Below, in pieces: positions 1-7,073 of a stretch of 18,098 nt of DNA (its first letter is position 1; the number at the start of each line of letters is the position of its first letter). Below the pieces are notes generated by a model. The model did no database searches. It was given only the letters and a program-made list of their open reading frames with translations, and had not been told where the DNA came from. The position numbers and the translations under genes are program-made. This stretch comes from a virus (taxonomy: Duplodnaviria > Heunggongvirae > Uroviricota > Caudoviricetes): positions 110,918-129,015 of the IMG/VR virus record IMGVR_UViG_2974695582_000001. One strand, 5' to 3'.

Positions 1-2
1 AG

Positions 3-437
3 GATGACAAGTGCTTTCGTTGCACAAAGTCAATTCGTTTTGAGGATGTTATGATTTCGCGTGACCGCGCTCGGGGTTCTGAGCGTTTCATGCAGGTGGC
101 TATTTGTAAGGCTGGTTGCGAGAAGATTGCATACATTCCGCGACAGAGGCGTTACAATGAGGTTAAGATTAATAAGCGACTGGCGTCGAGAAAGAATAGG
201 ATTCCAATGGAAATGGTTGTTGCTGATTCCCTTTCGCCTGACCAGGTGGAAGTTCAGGATTACGTCAGGTTCTTTGCTGATGGTGCACTGCGATTCGGCA
301 TGGTTCTTGACATCAATGACAATGGTGATGATTTCACTATTACCCTGTCTGATGACGTTGAGGGTGATACAGTAGAGTATGTAGTTGACCCGAACACCGT
401 TGTTTCTCTCCTTGTTCATGAGGCTGTTTCGGTGTAA
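3..437 (+). CDS. Hypothetical protein, 5'-truncated by the window edge; N-terminal Cys cluster, possible internal start at 207
   Basis: Frame is open from position 3 (DDKCFRCTKS...ICKAGCEK) to TAA at 435-437. An AGGA precedes ATG 207 (MEMVVADSLSPDQ...). Confidence 0.65.
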   Translation, partial: DDKCFRCTKSIRFEDVMISRDRARGSERFMQVAICKAGCEKIAYIPRQRRYNEVKINKRLASRKNRIPMEMVVADSLSPDQVEVQDYVRFFADGALRFGMVLDINDNGDDFTITLSDDVEGDTVEYVVDPNTVVSLLVHEAVSV

Positions 438-443
438 TATAAT

Positions 444-472
444 GGGTGGGTTGACAAAGCCCACCCAAGCTT
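444..472 (+). repeat. Hairpin-AAGCTT element 1, with TTGACA in the loop
   Basis: GGGTGGG-ttgacaaag-CCCACCC-AAGCTT. TTGACA (451-456)-N18-TAGTCT (475-480). Confidence 0.9.
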
Positions 473-525
473 GTTAGTCTTCTCTTATAGACCCTAAAGA
501 AGGGAGAACTCTAAGGAGAAGACTA

Positions 526-912
526 ATGGAAAAGAAGTGGATTTACACCATCTTTGGTGGTGTTCTGGTAGCTGTTGTACTACTAGTTGTAACGGTCCTA
601 AATGTGGACACGACAAAGACAAAGTTTGAAGCATATCAAAACTATGCAAAGCAAGTAAACATCGTTGATTGGTCAATCAGTGAAGATACTGCTGAGAGTT
701 TTGCTAAGGCCAATTGCGATAAGCTCGCAACAGGAGATATGCCCGCAATTAGATTTCAGAATTCAGACCATGTAAAGTCGAGTGCGGCAGTGCTAGCAGC
801 ATATTGCCCTAATTCATTCGACAACTTTCTGGCGGGTGTTATCATGAACAACCCAGAATACAAGAGTACAGCCATGTATGTAAACGAAAGGATTGAAGTT
901 GATTCTCGTTAA
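526..912 (+). CDS. Membrane-anchored protein, DUF732-like
   Basis: N-terminal TM helix. C-x2-L-x2-G ... AAVLAAYCP pattern resembles actinobacterial DUF732. SD AAGGAG. Confidence 0.6.
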   Translation: MEKKWIYTIFGGVLVAVVLLVVTVLNVDTTKTKFEAYQNYAKQVNIVDWSISEDTAESFAKANCDKLATGDMPAIRFQNSDHVKSSAAVLAAYCPNSFDNFLAGVIMNNPEYKSTAMYVNERIEVDSR

Positions 913-1003
913 GGTTCTTATCCTTAGTATTGTCGGGGGACTGGGAGCCATGCTAGGTTTGTATCTCGGTTTTCTAATGGCAATCAATGGATGGTTGGGA
1001 TAA
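899..1003 (+). CDS. Small membrane peptide (34 aa, TTG start)
   Basis: SD GAAAGGA, then MILVKVLILSIVGGLGAMLGLYLGFLMAINGWLG. The stop overlaps the next ATG (TAATG). Not in the ORF track. Confidence 0.55.
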   Translation: MILVKVLILSIVGGLGAMLGLYLGFLMAINGWLG

Positions 1004-1140
1004 TGGCTAAGAGATATAAGGACCCGGTTGAGGATACGTTCAATGAAATTTTTGGCGGATGCGCCATTTTCTTTGCACTAATCTTCTTCCTTCCTTTTGT
1101 AGGGATTGGAATCGGAATTGGCTACTGGATTTGGGGATAA
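1003..1140 (+). CDS. Small membrane protein (45 aa)
   Basis: MAKRYKDPVEDTFNEIFGGCAIFFALIFFLPFVGIGIGIGYWIWG; coupled to the upstream stop. Confidence 0.65.
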   Translation: MAKRYKDPVEDTFNEIFGGCAIFFALIFFLPFVGIGIGIGYWIWG

Positions 1141-1141
1141 G

Positions 1142-1360
1142 ATGAGTTCTGATTATAGAATCAATGAGAATAGGCACATCACCATTCGTGTTGTTGTCGG
1201 CTCCATCTGTGCTATGCTCGTTCTTGTTGCGCTGATTAGCGGTATCACGTACACTGCTCACCAGAACAATGAGAAGACCACCAAGTATGGTGTAGAGTGT
1301 ATGAAGAACGGCGGAGAGTGGCGAGAGCGCAATAATGGTGAGGCGTACTGCGATAACTGA
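1142..1360 (+). CDS. Single-pass membrane protein with C-terminal C-x3-GG-x-W...C motif
   Basis: Start moved to ATG 1142, after the upstream TAA. TM segment, then ECMKNGGEWRERNNGEAYC. Confidence 0.75.
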   Translation: MSSDYRINENRHITIRVVVGSICAMLVLVALISGITYTAHQNNEKTTKYGVECMKNGGEWRERNNGEAYCDN

Positions 1361-1369
1361 GCAGTACGA

Positions 1370-1404
1370 GAGGGGTTGACAGCCCCTCAAGCTTCCAGTA
1401 AGGT
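1370..1404 (+). repeat. Hairpin-AAGCTT element 2 overlapping a promoter
   Basis: GAGGGG-ttgacag-CCCCTC-AAGCTT. TTGACA (1376-1381)-N17-TAAGGT (1399-1404). Confidence 0.9.
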
Positions 1405-1427
1405 TGTACCAACGAAGGGAGATGGAC

Positions 1428-1823
1428 ATGGAGTCCACCGAAGGTCTTAGGTTGAAGCTGACTGCTCACGCGAATGAGCAGATGGAGAAGAAGAACGTTG
1501 ACCTTGAGAGGGTTCAGGCAGCGTTTGTGAGTCCGGAAAAGCTGTACCCCAACAAGAAGTATGCAGGACAGTTCCGAGTCGTAGGAAATGGTCTCTGTCT
1601 TGTTGGAAAGCCCCAGGGCAAGGAGTTCGTTGTATTTACAATTTACGAGGATGGTGTTATGACTCCGCCTCGTCCGGACCAGCTTGACACGCCCGAAGGA
1701 AGGGCGTACGCTGAGCTGTACAATCGGGCACAGCGCACAGGAAAGGTCAGGCGACAGAACGAATACTGGCCGCGTGCCCATAAGCGAGCCGCTAGTGACA
1801 TTCGTCACACTCGCATCAAGTAA
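1428..1823 (+). CDS. DUF4258-like (RelE/BrnT-type fold) protein with C-terminal extension
   Basis: LKLTAHANEQMEKKNVDLERVQAAFVSP...VVFTIY matches the T/S-x-HA-x-E-x-M ... V-x-T-x-Y pattern. SD GAAGGGAG; start could be 1422 or 1428. Confidence 0.55.
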   Translation: MESTEGLRLKLTAHANEQMEKKNVDLERVQAAFVSPEKLYPNKKYAGQFRVVGNGLCLVGKPQGKEFVVFTIYEDGVMTPPRPDQLDTPEGRAYAELYNRAQRTGKVRRQNEYWPRAHKRAASDIRHTRIK

Positions 1824-1850
1824 TTGTATCCGTGGTACTCTAGTGAAATC

Positions 1851-1874
1851 CGCTACCCCAGAATTGGGGTAGCG
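1851..1874 (+). promoter_or_regulatory. Perfect 10-bp hairpin without AAGCTT
   Basis: CGCTACCCCA-gaat-TGGGGTAGCG, directly upstream of the NlpC/P60 RBS. Confidence 0.6.
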
Positions 1875-1899
1875 CGTAATAAACTGAGGAGTTATTTTT

Positions 1900-2373
1900 A
1901 TGTATAGCAAGAAGACTGCGGTTATCGGAACGCTTCTTTCAGCAATGGGATTGGTGGTTTCGATTCCTGTAAGTGCTGAAGCTGCTACCATTCAGGAAAA
2001 GGCAAACAGTGTAGCTAAGGCTCAAATTGGTGACCCATATGTTTGGGGAGGCAAGGGGCCGAATAAGTTCGACTGTTCCGGTCTTGTTTGGTACTCATTC
2101 AAGCAGGCGGGAAAGAACTGGAGCTATCAGCCAACCAATGGAATGCGGAAGAATCAGACAAAGGATATTACAGTCAGTCAGCGTAAGGTTGGTGACTTGA
2201 TTTTCTTCCGTAGGAAGGGTTCTTCTGACTGGAGTCACGTTGGTATCTACGCTGGTAGTGGATACATGGTTAACGCTGTCAATGGAAACACGTATAAGGG
2301 TGTTCGCAAGGGTAAGGTAGTTGATGGGTATTGGAATAAGTATTACAATGCCGACTACCGCCGCGTAAAGTAA
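1900..2373 (+). CDS. Secreted NlpC/P60 family peptidoglycan peptidase
   Basis: Signal peptide ending AEA. GDPYVWGG, FDCSG (catalytic Cys), GDLIFF and SHVGIY (catalytic His). Confidence 0.93.
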   Translation: MYSKKTAVIGTLLSAMGLVVSIPVSAEAATIQEKANSVAKAQIGDPYVWGGKGPNKFDCSGLVWYSFKQAGKNWSYQPTNGMRKNQTKDITVSQRKVGDLIFFRRKGSSDWSHVGIYAGSGYMVNAVNGNTYKGVRKGKVVDGYWNKYYNADYRRVK

Positions 2374-2392
2374 GTTAGTACATATGAAATAC

Positions 2393-2459
2393 GCGGGGTG
2401 TTGCCCTTGGCACCCCGCAAGCTTGAGGGGTTGACACAGTCCCCCTCACCCTGTAGATT
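2393..2459 (+). repeat. Hairpin-AAGCTT element 3 followed by a hairpin-embedded promoter
   Basis: GCGGGGTG...CACCCCGC-AAGCTT (2419-2424), then GAGGGG-TTGACA (2431-2436)-N17-TAGATT (2454-2459). Confidence 0.9.
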
Positions 2460-2497
2460 AGTTGTTGTCAGCGAGACACAGACAAAAGGAGAACACA

Positions 2498-2809
2498 GTG
2501 CCCCAGGTTCGTGCGAAGAACGACCGTAGCGGTATCTATGACCTTGGTGACCACCACGACTACAGTGCCCCGAACATTCCCGCCCCGCGTCGCGTTCCTG
2601 CCCCTGATTTCTGTCAGATGAATCAGAAGATGGAATTGAGCGTCAAGCACAATTACACCAGCGTTCGAATGGCCGGTAAGGCTGTGGTTCGGAAGCAGAC
2701 TTCGGACAACATCGAGAAGCTTACCAAGGCTAAGAGCAATCTGGCGGAAGCCAAGGAAATGCTTTTCAATCACATTCTGACCTGTGAGACGTGCAGCAAG
2801 GGAGAATGA
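2498..2809 (+). CDS. Hypothetical protein with Cys/His residues (C-terminal HxxxCxxC)
   Basis: SD AAAGGAGA and GTG 2498; ends NHILTCETCSKGE. Confidence 0.7.
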   Translation: MPQVRAKNDRSGIYDLGDHHDYSAPNIPAPRRVPAPDFCQMNQKMELSVKHNYTSVRMAGKAVVRKQTSDNIEKLTKAKSNLAEAKEMLFNHILTCETCSKGE

Positions 2810-2815
2810 ATTACC

Positions 2816-2837
2816 GCCCCGGAAACGGGGCAAGCTT
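2816..2837 (+). repeat. Hairpin-AAGCTT element 4
   Basis: GCCCCG-GAAA-CGGGGC-AAGCTT. Confidence 0.9.
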
Positions 2838-2860
2838 CCATCCAATAAAAGGAGATTGTA

Positions 2861-3049
2861 ATGGATGACGCACTGGAAGCGGTTCTTTTCTGCTTTGTTC
2901 TTCCTATCCTGCTTGTTCTTCTTGTCTTTGGCCTGATTGGTCTGGCGGAGAATGCGGACAATGCAAAGAAGGGAAAGGAAGATAAGCGTTATGAACTTTG
3001 CCTGAAGCGCGATATGCAATGGGTTGATGGCAACTGTCTTACCAAGTAA
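2861..3049 (+). CDS. Single-pass membrane protein with C-terminal C...W...C motif
   Basis: SD AAAGGAG, TM segment, then ELCLKRDMQWVDGNC. Confidence 0.75.
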   Translation: MDDALEAVLFCFVLPILLVLLVFGLIGLAENADNAKKGKEDKRYELCLKRDMQWVDGNCLTK

Positions 3050-3054
3050 GATTG

Positions 3055-3078
3055 GGCGGACTTCGGTCCGCCAAGCTT
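3055..3078 (+). repeat. Hairpin-AAGCTT element 5
   Basis: GGCGGAC-TTCG-GTCCGCC-AAGCTT (cUUCGg tetraloop). Confidence 0.9.
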
Positions 3079-3096
3079 CCTATCCGAGGAGATAGA

Positions 3097-3372
3097 ATGA
3101 GTATTCACGGCGGGGTTAGTCGGCAAATGACTCTTCTTAGCTTTGAATGGAAGAAGAACATTGACGAATACGATGGAACACTTGATGAGACATGGCATTT
3201 GACCATTACTCTTGGATGGTGGGATATCACAATCGAGAGAATTCCAAACCGTAAGCACTTCAGCCTTAAGTATGGTGTCTGTGGGTTTGGATACTGGCTC
3301 AATGTTAATCGGAACTACGAGACAATTGAAAAGCACACGTTCGGAGACGCTAGCGAAAGGTTGCTTAAGTGA
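3097..3372 (+). CDS. Hypothetical Trp-rich protein
   Basis: SD GAGGAG before ATG 3097 (MSIHGGVSRQ...). Confidence 0.7.
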   Translation: MSIHGGVSRQMTLLSFEWKKNIDEYDGTLDETWHLTITLGWWDITIERIPNRKHFSLKYGVCGFGYWLNVNRNYETIEKHTFGDASERLLK

Positions 3373-3539
3373 GGTACAAGAGGGTTAACGTTTACTTTAC
3401 GCATGGTGAGCCTGCTGAGTTCCACTTTGTTATTGAGCAACAGAGTACAGATGGCGAGTACCGATTTGAGAATCAGCAATCGGGTACTCGATACACAGTA
3501 ACGAAGAGCAATGTCAACTACATTGAACGGATTAAGTAA
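3369..3539 (+). CDS. Hypothetical protein (56 aa, GTG start)
   Basis: GTGA overlap with the upstream stop, SD GAAAGG; MRYKRVNVYFTHGEPAEFHF...YIERIK. Confidence 0.65.
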   Translation: MRYKRVNVYFTHGEPAEFHFVIEQQSTDGEYRFENQQSGTRYTVTKSNVNYIERIK

Positions 3540-3633
3540 TGGACGACAATGACATGCACCCCGGCTCTTGCCTTCTGTGGTTGATTGCGATAGGGTTGTT
3601 TATCTGGTTGATGATTGACTTGGCAGTCAATTG
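3539..3633 (+). pseudogene. Apparently frameshifted small membrane peptide
   Basis: MDDNDMHPALAF stops after 14 codons. Another frame continues LWLIAIGLFIWLMIDLAVN*; adding one base at gccttc/tgtgg joins them. Confidence 0.35.
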
Positions 3634-3640
3634 ATTTACC

Positions 3641-3663
3641 GCCCGGCTATGCCGGGCAAGCTT
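3641..3663 (+). repeat. Hairpin-AAGCTT element 6
   Basis: GCCCGGC-tat-GCCGGGC-AAGCTT. Confidence 0.9.
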
Positions 3664-3705
3664 TCCACCTAGACTATAAAGGGTTATAGAAACTAGGAGG
3701 ATAAA

Positions 3706-3861
3706 ATGAATGTGTGGGTTGTAACAGAAGGAAATTGCACTTGCTGTAACTGGTATGTTGGCGGGGTTTTCTCTACAGAAGAGAAGGCTAATGCTTATAT
3801 CTCAACGAGTACATATCAGTATTCTGAAGTTGACGAAGCCGTAATTGACGAAGAGGATTAA
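3706..3861 (+). CDS. Small phage protein (51 aa) with V-x-GVFST-x-EKA motif
   Basis: SD AGGAGG; MNVWVVTEGNCTCCNWYVGGVFSTEEKANAY...; resembles the N-terminus of 5427..5876. Confidence 0.7.
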   Translation: MNVWVVTEGNCTCCNWYVGGVFSTEEKANAYISTSTYQYSEVDEAVIDEED

Positions 3862-3863
3862 AA

Positions 3864-4433
3864 ATGACTGTTTTCTTTACGAGTGACACGCACTTTGGTC
3901 ATCAGCGAATTATCGAGCTGTGCGAGCGGCCCTTCGATTCTGTTGATGAGATGAACGAGGCAATGATTGAGCGCTGGAATGCAGTGGTCAAGCCTACTGA
4001 TGTTGTTTACCATCTTGGTGACGTGGCTCTCGGAAAGATTGCTGAGTCCCTTCCCCTTGTTGGTAGGCTCAATGGTGACATTGCTCTGGTTCCTGGAAAC
4101 CATGACCGCATCTTTTCTGGTGAGAAGGAGAAGATGCGCGTTCGGTTCGATGCAGAGTACCGCAAGGTGTTCGCTAGCATCCTTCCTGAGAGCCTTGTAA
4201 CGTCCGTGGGAGGCTTTGACGTAGTCCTGAGCCACTTCCCCTACGTTGGGGACTCTCACGGGGCAGACAGGCACGCTGACAAGCGTCCGAAGGATGAGGG
4301 TCTTCCCATCATCCACGGTCACGTTCACGATGAGTGGAAGCACAATGGTAGGATGTTCAATGTTGGGGTTGATGTCAATGACTTCCGTCCAGTTCATATG
4401 GATGAGGTAGTTGACTGGCTGCGAAGCCTGTAG
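3864..4433 (+). CDS. Calcineurin-like metallophosphoesterase
   Basis: All family motifs present: SDTH, LGD, GNHD, SHFP and HGHVH. Confidence 0.92.
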   Translation: MTVFFTSDTHFGHQRIIELCERPFDSVDEMNEAMIERWNAVVKPTDVVYHLGDVALGKIAESLPLVGRLNGDIALVPGNHDRIFSGEKEKMRVRFDAEYRKVFASILPESLVTSVGGFDVVLSHFPYVGDSHGADRHADKRPKDEGLPIIHGHVHDEWKHNGRMFNVGVDVNDFRPVHMDEVVDWLRSL

Positions 4434-4471
4434 TACAGTGGGTGTTGTTCGAAAGAGCAACACCCAAGCTT
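4411..4471 (+). repeat. Promoter plus hairpin-AAGCTT element 7
   Basis: TTGACT (4411-4416)-N17-TACAGT (4434-4439). GGGTGTTGTTC-GAAA-GAGCAACACCC-AAGCTT (4440-4471). Confidence 0.88.
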
Positions 4472-4487
4472 CCCGACACTAAGGAGA

Positions 4488-4949
4488 ATGATGGACCTCT
4501 TTACTGCTGAGAGAAACGCAAAGCTGCTGATGGCTGCTCATGGTCTTACTGAAAAGGGTTGGCGTTTCGAGTGGGATAATGCCGCCCGTCGATTTGGTCA
4601 GTGTCGTTATGGTACTAAGACGATTTCTATGTCTCGTCAGCTTACCATGCAGCGCTCACCTGAGTCCGTTCGAAACACCATGCTGCATGAAATTGCTCAT
4701 GCTCTTGTGGGCCACGCTGCGGGTCACGGGCGGATTTGGCAGGCTAAGGCAATCTCTATCGGATGTGATGGAAAGCGCTGCTCTGATGACAAGGTTGAGG
4801 TAGCCTATAAGTACGTGGCTAAGTGCCCTTCTGGTCATATTTCTAAGAAGTACCTTCGTAAGCCTCGTGCATCTGCCAGGCCGCGTTCCTGCGGAACTTG
4901 CAGCCCGGTTTACAACCCCAAGTATGCAATTAGGGTGGTGGCTATTTAA
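4488..4949 (+). CDS. SprT-like zinc metalloprotease domain protein
   Basis: RFGQC, TMLHEIAHAL (HExxH), HGRIWQ and C-terminal CxxxH...CxxC. SD AAGGAG. Confidence 0.88.
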   Translation: MMDLFTAERNAKLLMAAHGLTEKGWRFEWDNAARRFGQCRYGTKTISMSRQLTMQRSPESVRNTMLHEIAHALVGHAAGHGRIWQAKAISIGCDGKRCSDDKVEVAYKYVAKCPSGHISKKYLRKPRASARPRSCGTCSPVYNPKYAIRVVAI

Positions 4950-5128
4950 TGAAGGAAACTGTTCCTTTCAACATTTACAAGGAACATGCCAAGATGGGTC
5001 ATCAGTGGAGAGATAAGACTGATGACAATGAGAGACGGAATATCGATACAGTCAACAAAAGACTTTACATTTGTTCTTGTGGTTGGCTAGGATGGTTTGC
5101 GACTGTTGACCTGAATACTGTGAATTAA
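4949..5128 (+). CDS. Small protein with His/CxC motif (59 aa)
   Basis: TAATG coupling; EHAKMGHQW...YICSCGWLG. Confidence 0.6.
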   Translation: MKETVPFNIYKEHAKMGHQWRDKTDDNERRNIDTVNKRLYICSCGWLGWFATVDLNTVN

Positions 5129-5132
5129 TTTG

Positions 5133-5190
5133 GGCGGGGAGAGAAAATCTCCTCGCCAAGCTTGACAGACAACGTTCTGTCGGATAGGGT
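5133..5190 (+). repeat. Hairpin-AAGCTT element 8 fused to a promoter
   Basis: GGCGGGGAGA-gaaaa-TCTCCTCGCC-AAGCTTGACA. TTGACA (5162-5167)-N17-TAGGGT (5185-5190). Confidence 0.9.
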
Positions 5191-5196
5191 AACATC

Positions 5197-5424
5197 ATGA
5201 GAAACGTTGAGATGAACGATTTGTTCTCTCCAATCTTCTGGAAGTCTGTTGCAAATCGACAGGCTAACGGAGAAAGGTATGGACAGGCTGTATTTAACTC
5301 TGCCTATGGACTTTTTCCTAATGAGGTTGGTGAGATGGTTGCAACAGAGCTTGACCCGTTCTATGATGACAGTAGAGTCAAGCTTTTTCTTGCTGGACTC
5401 ACTGACAGACTTGACAAGGAGTAG
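5197..5424 (+). CDS. Hypothetical protein
   Basis: 75-aa ORF with phage-like composition directly after the promoter. No clear SD, so possibly leaderless. Confidence 0.7.
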   Translation: MRNVEMNDLFSPIFWKSVANRQANGERYGQAVFNSAYGLFPNEVGEMVATELDPFYDDSRVKLFLAGLTDRLDKE

Positions 5425-5426
5425 TC

Positions 5427-5876
5427 ATGGATGCTTATATGGTGTATCACCGCGATGCCAATTCATGGAACTCTGGGAACGAACTTCCCGTGGCTGTGTT
5501 CCTTGACAAGAGCAAGGCGGAAGAGTATGCTTCTAAGCAACCCGGTTACGGACTGAACACAGATTGGTTCGTGAAGCCGGTTCCCTTTAACTCGGAGGTT
5601 GGAATGACTGACTGGACTGAGACCCTTGTAAACGAGCTGAGCAATCAGTACAATGTTCCTGCAAGCGTGAATGGTAACATCGTTAAGTCTGTTGAGGTTG
5701 ACCTTCCCGGTCGTCACACCCTTGACATTACCAGTCACAGCCTGTATGGTTTCATTCTGACTCTCACCATTGGTGACGAAACCGGCGGGGTTGCGTACGA
5801 GCAGACTCTTGCTACTTGTGTCAGTGAGAAGCATCTTGCTGACGATGTTGCAGGGATTTACAATTCCTACGAATGA
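5427..5876 (+). CDS. Hypothetical protein
   Basis: SD AAGGAG. N-terminal VAVFLDKSKAEEY motif. Confidence 0.75.
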   Translation: MDAYMVYHRDANSWNSGNELPVAVFLDKSKAEEYASKQPGYGLNTDWFVKPVPFNSEVGMTDWTETLVNELSNQYNVPASVNGNIVKSVEVDLPGRHTLDITSHSLYGFILTLTIGDETGGVAYEQTLATCVSEKHLADDVAGIYNSYE

Positions 5877-5882
5877 GGGGTA

Positions 5883-6074
5883 ATGGGAATCAAAAGGTGG
5901 ACAGACCTTACCGCATCTGAGAAGATGCAATGGTTTGATAATTCAATAAGGATTCATGAAGACCTTCCTATTCAAAAGAAGCGTAAGATTTGGGCGCGGA
6001 TTGAAAAGGAACGGAAGAAGTCAGAGCAGAGAGCTAAGAGGCGTAAGCCTAAGTGGTGGCAGCGTAAGAAGTGA
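5883..6074 (+). CDS. Basic hypothetical protein
   Basis: SD GAGGGG; Lys/Arg-rich C-terminus ending KPKWWQRKK. Confidence 0.65.
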   Translation: MGIKRWTDLTASEKMQWFDNSIRIHEDLPIQKKRKIWARIEKERKKSEQRAKRRKPKWWQRKK

Positions 6075-6081
6075 ACGTGTG

Positions 6082-6118
6082 GGGGGAGGTTGACAGACCT
6101 CCCCCAAGCTTGTAAGGT
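6082..6118 (+). repeat. Hairpin-AAGCTT element 9 overlapping a promoter
   Basis: GGGGGAGGT-tgacag-ACCTCCCCC-AAGCTT. TTGACA (6090-6095)-N17-TAAGGT (6113-6118). Confidence 0.9.
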
Positions 6119-6140
6119 AGTAGTCAACCAAAGGAGAGAG

Positions 6141-6338
6141 ATGAAGAAGTCAACGCTCTTTGAGATTGAAGCTGTACTAGCATTCTTTATGTTCTTCCCC
6201 AATGCCATTGTATCTATTCGATACATGGTTGAAAGGGATACGGTTGATGCAGGTAGCACCGCTTTTGCTGGTGCTGGTCTATTTTTCCTTGTTCTGTTCG
6301 GTCTTCTGGCGATTGACGCCAAGAACGCCGGTCAGTAA
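6141..6338 (+). CDS. Two-TM membrane protein
   Basis: SD AAAGGAG before ATG 6141; two hydrophobic segments. Confidence 0.75.
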   Translation: MKKSTLFEIEAVLAFFMFFPNAIVSIRYMVERDTVDAGSTAFAGAGLFFLVLFGLLAIDAKNAGQ

Positions 6339-6339
6339 C

Positions 6340-6369
6340 TTGACAGGCAGGCGAGAGTCTGCCAAGCTT
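6340..6369 (+). repeat. Hairpin-AAGCTT element 10
   Basis: TTGACA-GGCAGGC-GAGA-GTCTGCC-AAGCTT. Confidence 0.88.
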
Positions 6370-6392
6370 GTAACACAACGAAGGGAAACGAG

Positions 6393-6569
6393 ATGGCTAA
6401 GCTTGACCATGAGGGTGACAAGTGCTACAGTTACCGTGCGTGTGCTCGATGTAGGCAGATTCAAGACCGGTGGGATATCCTCAAGGTCACCTTTTGTGTC
6501 TTGGTGGTATTTACCTTTGTTATTCCAGTTATTCCGGTCATCATTGCAATCATTGCCCAAGTAACCTGA
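6393..6569 (+). CDS. Small membrane protein with Cys-rich N-terminus (58 aa)
   Basis: SD AAGGGA; MAKLDHEGDKCYSYRACARCRQ..., then a TM segment. Confidence 0.65.
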   Translation: MAKLDHEGDKCYSYRACARCRQIQDRWDILKVTFCVLVVFTFVIPVIPVIIAIIAQVT

Positions 6570-6578
6570 GGGGGATTT

Positions 6579-6839
6579 ATGCTTGACAAGATGATTCTCA
6601 AGAACTACCCTGGCATTCAGGTCGGTGGTGCTTTTGAGTGGATTTACAAGTACGTACCCATCGGTGTTCTTAACGAACTGATTCGTGACATCAACAAGGT
6701 CTTGACTCCCGATGAGGTTGCTAGTATTATCTTCATCAGGGCTGGTGGTACGAGCCAGTATGGAAACACCACCTGGAGTTTCCGAGTCGAGTACAATGGA
6801 TTCGCAAGCTACTTCGATTACGACCGAAAGGAAGACTGA
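6579..6839 (+). CDS. Hypothetical protein
   Basis: SD GAGGGGGA; 86-aa ORF. Confidence 0.7.
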   Translation: MLDKMILKNYPGIQVGGAFEWIYKYVPIGVLNELIRDINKVLTPDEVASIIFIRAGGTSQYGNTTWSFRVEYNGFASYFDYDRKED

Positions 6840-6847
6840 ACTTGAAG

Positions 6848-6973
6848 ATGCTCGGTAAGCGTGGTCAGCCGTTCTGTGGTAGCAAGTGCTGTGGTGAGAA
6901 GCGGGCAAAGAAGGCTCACACCCGCCGTATGAAGCGTCGTGAGCGTGGTTCCCGCGCCTGGCGTAGCTTCTAG
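6848..6973 (+). CDS. Very basic Cys-containing peptide (41 aa)
   Basis: MLGKRGQPFCGSKCCGEKRAKKAHTRRMKRRERGSRAWRSF; fills the gap before the promoter. Confidence 0.55.
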   Translation: MLGKRGQPFCGSKCCGEKRAKKAHTRRMKRRERGSRAWRSF

Positions 6974-6984
6974 AAAATCGGGGG

Positions 6985-7013
6985 TTGACAGAAAAACCTC
7001 CTAGCTGTAAGGT
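6985..7013 (+). promoter_or_regulatory. HrdB/sigma70-type promoter driving the non-coding region
   Basis: TTGACA-N17-TAAGGT followed by AGTACCAAC, a tail similar to those at 1399, 7565 and 9262. Confidence 0.8.
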
Positions 7014-7029
7014 AGTACCAACGCAAGAC

Positions 7030-7072
7030 GGTGAGGGAAGGCGCACTAAGACTCCCGACCCTCACCAAGCTT
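7030..7072 (+). repeat. Hairpin-AAGCTT element 11
   Basis: GGTGAGGG...CCCTCACC-AAGCTT with a long loop. Confidence 0.82.
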
Positions 7073-7073
7073 G

